From an uncultured Pseudomonadales bacterium (GTDB lineage Bacteria > Pseudomonadota > Gammaproteobacteria > Pseudomonadales > Cellvibrionaceae): a stretch of 64,000 nucleotides of DNA. This document shows, one piece after another, positions 18,413 to 27,763 of this stretch. Position 1 is the stretch's first letter; each line of letters starts with the position of its first letter. Made by a program: the position numbers and the translations under genes. The stretch lies in contig CANLBN010000005.1 of assembly GCA_947488935.1 (NCBI GenBank), forward strand, positions 80,675 to 144,674, given 5' to 3'. The notes beneath the pieces are model-generated. The model was not told where the DNA came from, searched no databases, and saw only the letters and a list, made by a program, of their open reading frames with translations.

Positions 18413-19393
18413 ATGGAAAAAATTGTTGTTGCGGCCTTATACCGTTTTGTTGGCTTGCCAGAGTATCAAGACTTACGTCAACCACTGATTAAATTTTGTG
18501 AAGAGAATGACATTAAAGGCACATTGTTACTTGCTGAAGAAGGCATTAACGGCACTGTAGCCGGTAGTCGTGCGAATATTGATGCACTACTTGCCTATTT
18601 GCGGAGTAACCCCAAGTTTGCGGCTATTGATTGCAAAGAATCTTTTTATGACGAGCATCCTTTTTATAGAATGAAGGTCAAGCTAAAAAAAGAAATCGTC
18701 ACCATGGGTGTTGAAGGTGTCGACCCTAATAAAGTCGTGGGGACTTATGTTAAACCAAAAGATTGGAACGCATTGATCGATGACCCTGATGTGGTGGTGG
18801 TTGATACCAGAAACTATTACGAAGTGGCGATAGGCACATTTAAGGGAGCTAAAGACCCACTGACAACTAATTTTCGGGAGTTCCCTGAGTATGTTGCCGA
18901 AAACCTAGATCCTAAAAAACACAAAAAGGTGGCCATGTTTTGCACGGGTGGTATTCGCTGTGAAAAATCCACAGCCTTTTTAAAAGAACAAGGTTTTGAT
19001 GAGGTGTATCATTTACAGGGGGGGATTCTTCAATATTTAGAAGATGTCCCTAAAGAAGACACGCGATGGGAAGGCGAGTGTTTTGTATTTGATAATCGTG
19101 TTGCGGTTGATCACGATCTTAAAAAAGGTTCTTACGACCAGTGTCATGGTTGCAGGCACCCTATTACGGAAGAAGACAAACAGTCCGACCAGTATTTGTT
19201 GGGGGTGGCTTGTCCTCGCTGTTATGATAAGCAAACACCAGAGCAAATGATGCGTTTTAAAGAGCGACAAAAGCAAATAGAATTAGCTGCGCAGCGTCAC
19301 GAAAAGCATATTGGTCTTACGCCTGAAAAACTACGCGAGGCGCGAGCCATTAAAAAAGAAAAAAGATACGCAGAAGATAACAATAATAACTAG
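18413..19393 (+). CDS. trhO: Rhodanese-domain tRNA U34 hydroxylase TrhO (YceA family)
   Basis: VAALYRFV...[16 protein letters not shown]...[18 protein letters not shown]...[12 protein letters not shown] is the UPF0176/TrhO signature with the rhodanese CxGGxR loop. Confidence 0.9.
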   Translation: MEKIVVAALYRFVGLPEYQDLRQPLIKFCEENDIKGTLLLAEEGINGTVAGSRANIDALLAYLRSNPKFAAIDCKESFYDEHPFYRMKVKLKKEIVTMGVEGVDPNKVVGTYVKPKDWNALIDDPDVVVVDTRNYYEVAIGTFKGAKDPLTTNFREFPEYVAENLDPKKHKKVAMFCTGGIRCEKSTAFLKEQGFDEVYHLQGGILQYLEDVPKEDTRWEGECFVFDNRVAVDHDLKKGSYDQCHGCRHPITEEDKQSDQYLLGVACPRCYDKQTPEQMMRFKERQKQIELAAQRHEKHIGLTPEKLREARAIKKEKRYAEDNNNN

Positions 19394-19491
19394 CAAGTAA
19401 GGCTTCTATGAGGCCTTTGAATAAGTTTAGATGAGATTTTAGTCAATAAAAAATCATACATAACTCGTTCAAGTTTTTTAATATTTTAAAA

Positions 19492-22368
19492 ATGACTTGC
19501 TCTAAAAAGAGAATGCTAATGGATGAATTCTTCATTGTTTTTGGGTTAGTTAGCTTATTCGTTTTTATTGGCAGTATTCTTGGCTGGGTTGCGTTTTTTC
19601 GAATAAGGTCATTGCGTGAAAATAATGATCAATTACAAGAAGAAATAAACACCCTCAAGAGCCTGGTCTCCCTATCTAATAGGCCTTCTTCTATTAGTAC
19701 ATCCGAATCGTTAGCAACAAACCTCGCTGATTCCGAGCTTGCCACTGATAAACCCGAAGGTCAGGACGCCAAACCTAAACAGGATGTTAACTGGTATAAG
19801 CAATTACAGGGCGATGAGCCTGATAAAAACTTAGAACCTATTAAGGCAAATGATGACGATATCTCTTTAGAAATTTCAATTGATGATATTGATACTAAGG
19901 CCGAGGCAAATACCGCTGCTTGGAATAGCTCAGTCGATTCTGGGCAATCTAGACCCAACAAAAAAGACTCTGAGATCTCATTTTTTGAAAAACTATTTGC
20001 CAGTGCCTCAACCCATTGGATGATATGGGTCGGTGGTGCAAGTATCGGCTTTGCAGGTATTTTTCTTGTTAAGTATTCGGTAGATAATAATTTACTCGGG
20101 CCTCAGGCAAGAATTTTACTGGCGCTGTTAGTGGGTGTTTTATTTCATATTGGTGCTTATAAATTACATCGACTTAAAGGCCCGCATGATGCATTTGCTG
20201 CCTTAGCCGGTGGTGCGAGTTTAATTCTTTACTCAGCCTTATTGGCCGCACTTCATCTTTATCAACTATTAAGCCCCACTTGGGTTTTTGGGCTATTGTT
20301 TGCGGTGTCTCTAGCGACAATGTTACTCGCGCTTATGTATGGCCCTGTGTTGGCGGCTATTGGTATCTTGGGCGCTTATTTGATTCCTATTTTTGTCAGT
20401 ACGGGAAGTAATAATCTTGTAGGCGCATTGATGTATAGCTTTATTGTCACGGTTTCTGCACTGTTGCTTATCCGCTACGTCTCTCGCCAATGGCTGTGGC
20501 TTGGTACCTTGGCCGGTGCAGGCCTTTGGTGGTTATTGTCACTGAGCTCAGGTTTGGCAGATATCGCAAGGCTGTTATATTTAGTGGCTTTGGCCTATAC
20601 CGTTGTTGCTATTTATCAGTGGGACTGGCGCTTGTTGGGTAACCGGGACGAACACCAAGCCGCGAGTAAACTCAGTTTATGGCAATTATTTAAAGGCGAT
20701 TGTATAAGGGCCGATGGCAGTTATAAACACAGTATTTATTTTGTGCTACTTATTGTATTGCTTGCATCAATTGTTTCTATTTGGACTGTGAGTTTATCAT
20801 TCGATTTAAGTTGGCTGATAATTCTTGTGCCGCTGCTAATGCTTTGGTTGGCGTTTAATCATTACAATTTTTTACCGCTGGCGTGGTTAAGTTTATTCGC
20901 TGTTGTTAGTGGACTATTGTTACAGTCACTGTTTTTCAACCAGCCCTTCGTCTTACAGACTTGGCCTGTTAGTGAGCATCAAACGAATTTATTTTTATTA
21001 TTAGTGCTAGCGCTTATGTTCAGTGTAACGGCGTACTTTGCAATGAAGACTAGCGATCAAAAATTCTATTGGTCGTCTCTTGGCTTTATTGCACCGTTAG
21101 TGTTTTTAACCCTTGGCTTTGTGTTAACGCAAGGAACAACAACTAACTGGCAATGGGCATTGGTAGCCGGTGTTATTGGCGCAGTTTATTTTAATATTTT
21201 ATACCGCAAGCGCACCATCGGTTTATCGCCAGAGATTCACGCCATACTCATTATCGCCGGGCATTTAGCCTATAGTTTGGCGGTGGTAATGGTTGCGCGC
21301 GAGGCGACATTAACACTCGCTTTAGCGGTGCAGGTGGTCTCTTTAGTATGGGTAGACCGGTATTTCCGCCTGCCTATATTGCCGTATCTGATTAAGGGTA
21401 TATTAGCGATTATTATTTTTCGCTTAACCTTTAACCCGTGGCTATTAACCTACGCAATCGATACGCATTGGTCTTTATGGACCTATGGCGGCTCTTTAGT
21501 GTGCTGTATTGCGGCGTCTTTTCTACTCAAAGATCGTGACGACTTAATGCGCTGGCTACGAGCCGTTGCATTGCATTTATTTGTGTTAACCGTTGTCGCC
21601 GAGACGCGTTACCAACTCTATGGCGGTTTTATTTTTATCGAGCAATATAGCTTTTTTGAAGCAGCTTTTTATACCCTGATACTCGGTGTGACAGGTTTAG
21701 TCTATAAGGTGCGAGCGCGATTTGCGGCATCGCTAGCGCGGTTATATGAGCGGCTAAGTACAATTTTATTGCTGATCTCTTTAGCCAATTACACGCTATT
21801 TTTATTGTTCTTAAAAAATCCCTTATTCGTATTCGATACGGTTAGCTCGACTGTTCTTTGGAATATACTCCTACTCGCCTATGGTGCGCCTTGTTTGATT
21901 GCTGCTGGTGCAATGTACTTAGATAAAAGTAAGCAATGGCAGAGAGTAAGCGGTGTGATTGCTGCACTGAGTGTGCTGATCTTTGTATCCATCGAGGTGC
22001 GACATATTTGGCATGGTGAGTTAGATATTAGCCAGCCTGTACTCGCCGGTGAGTTATATACCTACTCGATGGTGTGGTTAGCCTTGGCTATTATCGGGTC
22101 ACTGTTAAGTGTTCGCTACCGTAGTCGCGAACTTTATCGCGCAAGTATGGTGTTTTTAATGGTTGTTGTTGGGAAAATATTTTTGATCGATACTGCGGGC
22201 TTGTCCAGTTTGTGGCGTGTTGCTTCTTTCTTAGGGCTAGGATTGTCGTTATTAGGTTTATCGTATTTTCATCAAAAGATGGGGGCAGAATTTACGGAGG
22301 AAACTACTCAAAACTCTGGAGATGGTGAAAGCGATAATCAAACCGACAGCGTAGATAAGGCAGAGTAG
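19492..22368 (+). CDS. Very large polytopic membrane protein (DUF2339-like)
   Basis: 958 aa. One N-terminal TM, a ~150-aa acidic/coiled linker, more than 20 predicted TM segments, and an acidic C-terminal tail. The architecture fits DUF2339 as recalled. Confidence 0.75.
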   Translation: MTCSKKRMLMDEFFIVFGLVSLFVFIGSILGWVAFFRIRSLRENNDQLQEEINTLKSLVSLSNRPSSISTSESLATNLADSELATDKPEGQDAKPKQDVNWYKQLQGDEPDKNLEPIKANDDDISLEISIDDIDTKAEANTAAWNSSVDSGQSRPNKKDSEISFFEKLFASASTHWMIWVGGASIGFAGIFLVKYSVDNNLLGPQARILLALLVGVLFHIGAYKLHRLKGPHDAFAALAGGASLILYSALLAALHLYQLLSPTWVFGLLFAVSLATMLLALMYGPVLAAIGILGAYLIPIFVSTGSNNLVGALMYSFIVTVSALLLIRYVSRQWLWLGTLAGAGLWWLLSLSSGLADIARLLYLVALAYTVVAIYQWDWRLLGNRDEHQAASKLSLWQLFKGDCIRADGSYKHSIYFVLLIVLLASIVSIWTVSLSFDLSWLIILVPLLMLWLAFNHYNFLPLAWLSLFAVVSGLLLQSLFFNQPFVLQTWPVSEHQTNLFLLLVLALMFSVTAYFAMKTSDQKFYWSSLGFIAPLVFLTLGFVLTQGTTTNWQWALVAGVIGAVYFNILYRKRTIGLSPEIHAILIIAGHLAYSLAVVMVAREATLTLALAVQVVSLVWVDRYFRLPILPYLIKGILAIIIFRLTFNPWLLTYAIDTHWSLWTYGGSLVCCIAASFLLKDRDDLMRWLRAVALHLFVLTVVAETRYQLYGGFIFIEQYSFFEAAFYTLILGVTGLVYKVRARFAASLARLYERLSTILLLISLANYTLFLLFLKNPLFVFDTVSSTVLWNILLLAYGAPCLIAAGAMYLDKSKQWQRVSGVIAALSVLIFVSIEVRHIWHGELDISQPVLAGELYTYSMVWLALAIIGSLLSVRYRSRELYRASMVFLMVVVGKIFLIDTAGLSSLWRVASFLGLGLSLLGLSYFHQKMGAEFTEETTQNSGDGESDNQTDSVDKAE

Positions 22369-22372
22369 TAAA

Positions 22373-22423
22373 GAGCAGTTGTATTAACTATTGGCGAATA
22401 TAACTGCTCAGCGTCGACTTTTT
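22373..22423. terminator. Possible bidirectional terminator between convergent genes
   Basis: gagcagtt / aactgctc stem (22373-22380 / 22402-22409) with a long loop. A T-run lies at 22419-22423. Confidence 0.3.
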
Positions 22424-22443
22424 AAACAAGATTAGAGTGCGCT

Positions 22444-24408
22444 TTAAAAATTATAAGATGCGCGTAGGTTGCCAGAGAATTCATTCTCGCCGCCACTGGC
22501 ATCACGGTATTCGGTGTCGGCAACAAGGCTTAAACCGTTGGCATCATAAATTTTTACACCTAGGCCAATAAACCCACCTAATACACTATCGTCATCACTA
22601 GTAGAAAATTCAAAGTCTGTACCACCTAATGACGCATCAATATCATCTGTATCGTCAAAGCGGCCATCAAACCCTAAACGTAGTTCGAACTCAGTTTTGC
22701 CACGGGTAATAACACCTGCCAATTGGACACGCGTGTTCAATGTCTGCACGTTGCGGCTATCAACAGAAAGATTGGCTGAGGTTGTACCACTTTCATTATA
22801 GTCATCAAAAAACGAAGCGGTATAGGTGAGTGTAGCCGATGGGCGCAGCTCAAAGTTCTTATTGATTTTATAGCCAGTGCTAATACTGACAGATGGACTG
22901 ATAAATATATTATTAAAATCAGAGTCTGCGATTTCAACCCCATTGAGGTTGTCGAGCACAGCGCGCTCATTATCATAGTCTTCGTAACCAAGAATAAAGT
23001 TAGTACTGAGCGTCAGCGAGCCCACATCAAAGTGGCCATATACGCCGCCAAAAAAGCTAAGCACATCGGTATCAATAGATTGAGTATCGGTGTCGATATT
23101 GCTTGAGCTCAATCCAAAGACGAGACCAAGGCGTCCGATCTCTGCATCTTGTTCATAACCACCGACAAAACCGTAGTAATCTTGCTCATAGGATAAGGTT
23201 GCGCCTTCACCATCGCGCTCTAGAGTTGAGCCGAAAATATCGCCCCATATTGTTGACTTGCCATTGTCTGGAGTATTGGTGTTAGCATTAATACGTTTGT
23301 TAATGCTTCTATGAATAGAGGTATTGAGTGTACTGACGGCTTGCCCTAAAAAAGATTGCCCTGTGGGGTCGACGGTAACCAAAGTATTACCGATAACGAC
23401 AGCACCCCCAGAAACATTGCTCGCGATATTGATATTTTCAGTATTCGCAAAGGTCACGACGCTTGATCTAGCACTAAACTCTAAAAGGTTAACGGTATCG
23501 TTGCCTGCACCGAGGTCAACGCTTCCGATAATCTGTGAGCCTCCGCCTAGGTTTAACGTTTGATCGCCAGTACCACCAATAATCGCTTGTGTTGCTGCAC
23601 CCGTGGCAGAAATTAGCCCATTGTTGGTAAACGTATTTGTGGTAGTACCTGCAAAATCAACGGCAGTCCCGTTAGCACCTGTCGCAGAAATTGTTCCGTT
23701 ATTGGTAAAAGTATTGGTATTTCCGCCATTAAAAGACAGTGCGGTTGCGTTATCTCCTGTGGCTGTGATTATCCCGCTATTGGTGAAGGTATTATTATCT
23801 CCACCATTAAAAGAGAGCCCTGTTCCGTTATTTCCTGTGGCAGAGATGAGTCCACTATTGACGCCAGTGTTGTTATCTCCTCTAAAGCGCACGGCAGTAG
23901 AGTTGGCGCTAGTGCCTCCATTAAGAACCGTTCCGCTATTATTAAAAGTGGAGGAGTTTCCACCTAAGTCAAAGGTCTCTGTGATCCCACCCGTGGTATT
24001 AAGAGTACCTGTATTGGTAATAGTAAACCCAGATTGCAGACTATCTGCAAGAATGGCCTCGTTTGTATTAGTGGTAATCGTACCGTTATTGGTAACAGTT
24101 GTGCCAGGGCCATTGCCAATATCTACCCCACGACCTGTTGTAGAGGTAATAGTGCCGTTATTAGTGAGTGTTGATGCGCCACCGCCCACAATGCTTATCG
24201 TTGTTCCGCCATTTTGTAATAAGCCACCAGTGCCAATAATACCTGTCCCGTTATTCAGTGTTTGGTTCCCTGTTAATGTAGTATTTTCAGGGACGGTGAA
24301 GCTTTGGGCTAGTGCCTTGTTAAGAGGGGTAACAAGTATTAGCAGTGATAATATGGCGGTGCTGGTAAGCGTTTTTGCAGATAGTGATTTTACAAATGGG
24401 TACATCAT
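22444..24408 (-). CDS. Autotransporter outer-membrane protein (repetitive passenger + beta-barrel)
   Basis: Signal peptide ...NKALAQS. The passenger is built of reiterated G-x-N-x-T-x-F-T-N-x-G-x-I-x-A-T-G units. The C-terminal ~270 aa has alternating beta-strand pattern ending ...LRASYNF (terminal Phe). Confidence 0.85.
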   Translation of the reverse strand: MMYPFVKSLSAKTLTSTAILSLLILVTPLNKALAQSFTVPENTTLTGNQTLNNGTGIIGTGGLLQNGGTTISIVGGGASTLTNNGTITSTTGRGVDIGNGPGTTVTNNGTITTNTNEAILADSLQSGFTITNTGTLNTTGGITETFDLGGNSSTFNNSGTVLNGGTSANSTAVRFRGDNNTGVNSGLISATGNNGTGLSFNGGDNNTFTNSGIITATGDNATALSFNGGNTNTFTNNGTISATGANGTAVDFAGTTTNTFTNNGLISATGAATQAIIGGTGDQTLNLGGGSQIIGSVDLGAGNDTVNLLEFSARSSVVTFANTENINIASNVSGGAVVIGNTLVTVDPTGQSFLGQAVSTLNTSIHRSINKRINANTNTPDNGKSTIWGDIFGSTLERDGEGATLSYEQDYYGFVGGYEQDAEIGRLGLVFGLSSSNIDTDTQSIDTDVLSFFGGVYGHFDVGSLTLSTNFILGYEDYDNERAVLDNLNGVEIADSDFNNIFISPSVSISTGYKINKNFELRPSATLTYTASFFDDYNESGTTSANLSVDSRNVQTLNTRVQLAGVITRGKTEFELRLGFDGRFDDTDDIDASLGGTDFEFSTSDDDSVLGGFIGLGVKIYDANGLSLVADTEYRDASGGENEFSGNLRASYNF

Positions 24409-24527
24409 AAGGCTAAACTCTTATTTATTATTTTTATTATTTTTATTACTATATATTTATGAAACTTATCCTATAGAAGTTTAGCTCATATTAGTAATAG
24501 GGAAAAGACAAAGCGCGTTAATAGCCA

Positions 24528-24848
24528 CTAATATTGCGACTCGGGTAAATGAACCGTAAGCCCTTCCATCTCTTCGGTGACTTTTAATTGGCAACTTAGT
24601 CGGCTGTTCTCTTGGTGATTGTGTGAGGCTTCTAACATGGTTGTTTCAGTTGCTGCTGGTTGGCCTGTTTTATCGAGCCATTTCTCATCAACGTGACAAT
24701 GGCATGTACCACAGCTCATAACGCCACCGCATTCCCCTAGTATGCCGTCTATCATGTTTTCTACTGCGCCATTCATAACGCTGTCGCCAAGGGCAACATC
24801 GGCTTCGTACATATTTCCATCGTGTGTGACATAAAAAATTAACGGCAT
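24528..24848 (-). CDS. 2Fe-2S ferredoxin, adrenodoxin/putidaredoxin type
   Basis: 106 aa with the cluster motif CGGVMSCGTCHC...SRLSCQ (C-x5-C-x2-C...C). Confidence 0.85.
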   Translation of the reverse strand: MPLIFYVTHDGNMYEADVALGDSVMNGAVENMIDGILGECGGVMSCGTCHCHVDEKWLDKTGQPAATETTMLEASHNHQENSRLSCQLKVTEEMEGLTVHLPESQY

Positions 24849-24873
24849 AAATGAGGGCCTCTCGGTTAAGTCG

Positions 24874-25140
24874 GGGGCTTGTTAGCACTCATTGAATAGC
24901 ACCTGTTGAGCCTAAAATAGCGTCAATCTAGGCGCGAGAAGCGTAGTTTGGTCATTCCAAATGAGCGACGAGCAACAACGAGTGACGCTATTTTAGATTC
25001 AATCCAAAGGGCTGGCCATTTTTCCCTCTAGCGATGTTGCCAATCGCTTGTGTCGGACAATTACACTGCGCTCATGGCGCGTCTTTGCTAGTGGAAAAAT
25101 AAATACCAGCAGGGGCTGTTCAATGAGTGCTAACAGGCCC
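24874..25140. repeat. MITE-like nested inverted-repeat element (non-coding)
   Basis: Terminal inverted repeats at 24874-24908 and 25107-25140, sharing a 16-nt perfect core gttagcactcattgaa. Internal 14-bp perfect IR ctaaaatagcgtca / tgacgctattttag (24912-24925 / 24983-24996). A further imperfect IR lies at 25019-25032 / 25087-25099. Confidence 0.45.
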
Positions 25141-25189
25141 TAGAATAGCGAGATTAATCGATTTAATAAAGTGTAATGAGAGTGAATAT

Positions 25190-25408
25190 ATGAGCCAATC
25201 AATCGCTAAAGGGCGCTATCGGCATTATAAAGGGCAAGAGTATGAAGTGTTTAATACGGCCAGACACAGTGAGACAGAAGAGCTGCTAGTTGTTTATCGC
25301 TGCTTATATGGTGATTATTCTTGGTGGGTGAGGCCTTTCTCGATGTTTACAGAAAGCATTACGATAGAGGGGAAGGTAGTTCCTCGGTTTGAATATATTG
25401 GCGATTAA
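25190..25408 (+). CDS. DUF1653-family protein
   Basis: GRYRHYKGQEYEVFNTARHSETEELLVVYRCLYGDYSWWVRPFSMF is the characteristic DUF1653 core. ATG at 25190 preferred, because the track start at 25127 lies inside the inverted repeat. Confidence 0.75.
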   Translation: MSQSIAKGRYRHYKGQEYEVFNTARHSETEELLVVYRCLYGDYSWWVRPFSMFTESITIEGKVVPRFEYIGD

Positions 25409-25411
25409 TCT

Positions 25412-25897
25412 ATGAGCGAAAGCTATTTTGATGATGAGCATTGGATGAACGAGGCGATTACTGAGGCAAGAAAAGCCGCAGTAGCTGATGAAGTGCCCGT
25501 GGGTGCGATTGTAGTGCTCGATAATACAATTATTGGCAGAGGTTTTAATCGGCCAATATCAAGCTGCGACCCAACGGCACATGCCGAAATTATTGCACTG
25601 CGCGATGCTGCAAAAACGATTAATAATTATCGCCTGATCAAGGCGAGCCTCTACGTGACTCTAGAGCCATGTACTATGTGTGCAGGTGCTATTGTACATA
25701 GTCGTATAGAGCGTTTAATTTATGGTGCTAGCGAACCTAAAGCTGGTGTTGTGCACAGTCAGAGAAGGCTATTGGAAGAGCCTTATTTTAACCACAACAT
25801 AGAAGTGTGTTCAGGTATTTGCAAGGATGAATGTAGCACTATTATCAGCAGTTTTTTTGCAAAAAGACGGGAACAAATAAAAGCTAGTAAATGTTAG
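25412..25897 (+). CDS. tadA: tRNA adenosine(34) deaminase
   Basis: EVPVGAIVV...HAEIIALR...LYVTLEPCTMCAGAI are the CDA zinc motifs HAE / PCxxC in a TadA context. Confidence 0.92.
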   Translation: MSESYFDDEHWMNEAITEARKAAVADEVPVGAIVVLDNTIIGRGFNRPISSCDPTAHAEIIALRDAAKTINNYRLIKASLYVTLEPCTMCAGAIVHSRIERLIYGASEPKAGVVHSQRRLLEEPYFNHNIEVCSGICKDECSTIISSFFAKRREQIKASKC

Positions 25898-25937
25898 TGT
25901 TTTTTTAATCAGAATGCTTTAAAAGGCAGGCTAAAAA

Positions 25938-27431
25938 TTATAACCGAGGATTACCCCATCGACCTTCATCGGATAGTCTAGAAACCGTCACAGGTTTGGT
26001 CGTCTTCTCTAATTCAAGTGCCAAACGGCGTTGTTGTGACTCTTGGTGCCAGACCAAGATTTCGTGGTAATTACGAATTCTTTCTACATATTGAACAGGT
26101 TCCCAACCACGGGCATAGCCATGCTTAGTGTTTTTGTAATATTTCTTTTTACTCAATAGCGGCAAACGCTTTTTAACATGAGTCCATATGTCGGGGTTGC
26201 CGCCTTGGGCTTCGGTAATTTTGCGTGCATCTTCTAAGTGGCCATAACCAACATTATAAGCAGCGAGCGCCATCCATAGGCGGTCGGGGCTTTTAATGCG
26301 CTCGGGCAAACGCTTAACTTGCTGTGTAAAATATTTAGCGCCACCGTATATGCTTTGCTGAGGGTCAAGTCTATTTTTAACGCCTAATGCTTTGGCTGTT
26401 CGCTGAGTTAGCATCATTAAACCGCGAACACCTGTGTAAGAACGTGCTTTCGCATTCCAGTGTGATTCTTGGTAACTAATTGCCGCGACAAATAACCAGT
26501 CGAGATCAAACTCGGCAGCAGACGCTTTAAAATAGCTTTCCCATTTAGGGAGGCGTTTGTCGATATGTTTAGAGAAGGTTAATGCACCGCCTTCATCGAG
26601 TCGCTGATTATTAAAATATTTGTCACTGAGCTTTTGTAACTCACCGCTATTTCTATACGCTACTAAAAAGTTATTTGCTGCTTTGTATAGGCTATCGTCT
26701 TTTGATTTAGGAAAGGCCCATGCAATGTTTTTTTCGTCGTGTAAGTCAAAGGCACGGCGGGCTTTGGGGTATATATTTCGGTTAACTGTAAAAAAAGTTG
26801 AATCAACAATAGTGGCGTCAGCGCGGCCACTATGAACACTTTCTAGTAAGTCGAGTGGTTCTATTTCGTCTAACTCTCTCCAGCGTAGCTCTGGAAAGGT
26901 CTCTTTAAGTGAGCGTAGGGACTCAGCATGGGAGCTATCGGCAACAACGATTATGTCTAAATCAAGTAGGTCATCGATGGTTCTTGGGCGTTTACTGCCA
27001 CGCCTATAAATAACATGTTGCTTAACCTGCATGTAAGGTACAGAAAAATTGAGCGACTTTCTTCGCTCTGGTGTAATGCTCAGGTTATTTGCTGCAAAAT
27101 GGCCTTTTTTTGCTTCTACCGAAGATAGTAGGTCACTGAGGTTAGATTGGTCTTTGATGGTTAGGGCAACGCCTAAATGGTTTGCAAAGGCCTCTGTCAA
27201 TTCGTATTCAAAGCCAGTATAGCCAAAAGGTCCTTCATAATAAGTAATGGGGCCATTACTAGAAAGTATCGAGAGCGAGCCAGTACTCATTACACGGTCC
27301 AGTACCGTTGGTATACTACTGCTGCTCATCAAAAAGGGGGTTATACAAAGCAATAAAGCACCCAATAGATACAGCGGGCGAAGCCTGCACCTTATCGAGA
27401 TATTAACTTGTAAATGCTTTTTATCGCTCAT
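25938..27431 (-). CDS. mltF: Membrane-bound lytic murein transglycosylase F
   Basis: N-terminal periplasmic-binding-like domain (GFEYEL...) plus a C-terminal SLT domain (ISYQESHWN...AYNVGYGHLEDA). Confidence 0.9.
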   Translation of the reverse strand: MSDKKHLQVNISIRCRLRPLYLLGALLLCITPFLMSSSSIPTVLDRVMSTGSLSILSSNGPITYYEGPFGYTGFEYELTEAFANHLGVALTIKDQSNLSDLLSSVEAKKGHFAANNLSITPERRKSLNFSVPYMQVKQHVIYRRGSKRPRTIDDLLDLDIIVVADSSHAESLRSLKETFPELRWRELDEIEPLDLLESVHSGRADATIVDSTFFTVNRNIYPKARRAFDLHDEKNIAWAFPKSKDDSLYKAANNFLVAYRNSGELQKLSDKYFNNQRLDEGGALTFSKHIDKRLPKWESYFKASAAEFDLDWLFVAAISYQESHWNAKARSYTGVRGLMMLTQRTAKALGVKNRLDPQQSIYGGAKYFTQQVKRLPERIKSPDRLWMALAAYNVGYGHLEDARKITEAQGGNPDIWTHVKKRLPLLSKKKYYKNTKHGYARGWEPVQYVERIRNYHEILVWHQESQQRRLALELEKTTKPVTVSRLSDEGRWGNPRL

Positions 27432-27763
27432 TTTGATAACTGTTTATTCTCTTCAAAGAAAGTTTTGATTAAATTATAAACAAATCAAGAGCTATTATAC
27501 CCTAGCTGGATACAATTCATGATTAAATTCAGCTATAGCACCTTTATAATTTAGTCACAAAAAGAGTGGATAAGTCTTATTTAAAAGATAGGCTTCTGCT
27601 ATTAAAGCCTCTTGAAGTATGTAAGTACTTGCTTATTATTGGATGTAAAAACCACTATTATGGCCCGGATTCTCATTTAAGTGCTAATTACGTAGTAAAT
27701 GTACACGTATTAGATACAAAAATGGGTGATGTGTGATAGGTTTTTTCTATTTCTGTATGTTGG

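Noticed and set aside
22444-24408. Regularly spaced DNA near-repeats that could look like a CRISPR or tandem-repeat array
   Set aside because: The repeats are in frame within a long ORF and encode passenger-domain units. There are no unique spacers and no cas genes in the window.
23603-24484. 293-aa + strand ORF (P/V/L-rich), plus several 60-80-aa ORFs inside the autotransporter gene
   Set aside because: This is the mirror image of the repetitive G/T/N-rich passenger coding sequence. The low-complexity composition is what antisense reading of those repeats produces. The minus-strand gene has a signal peptide and a beta-barrel.
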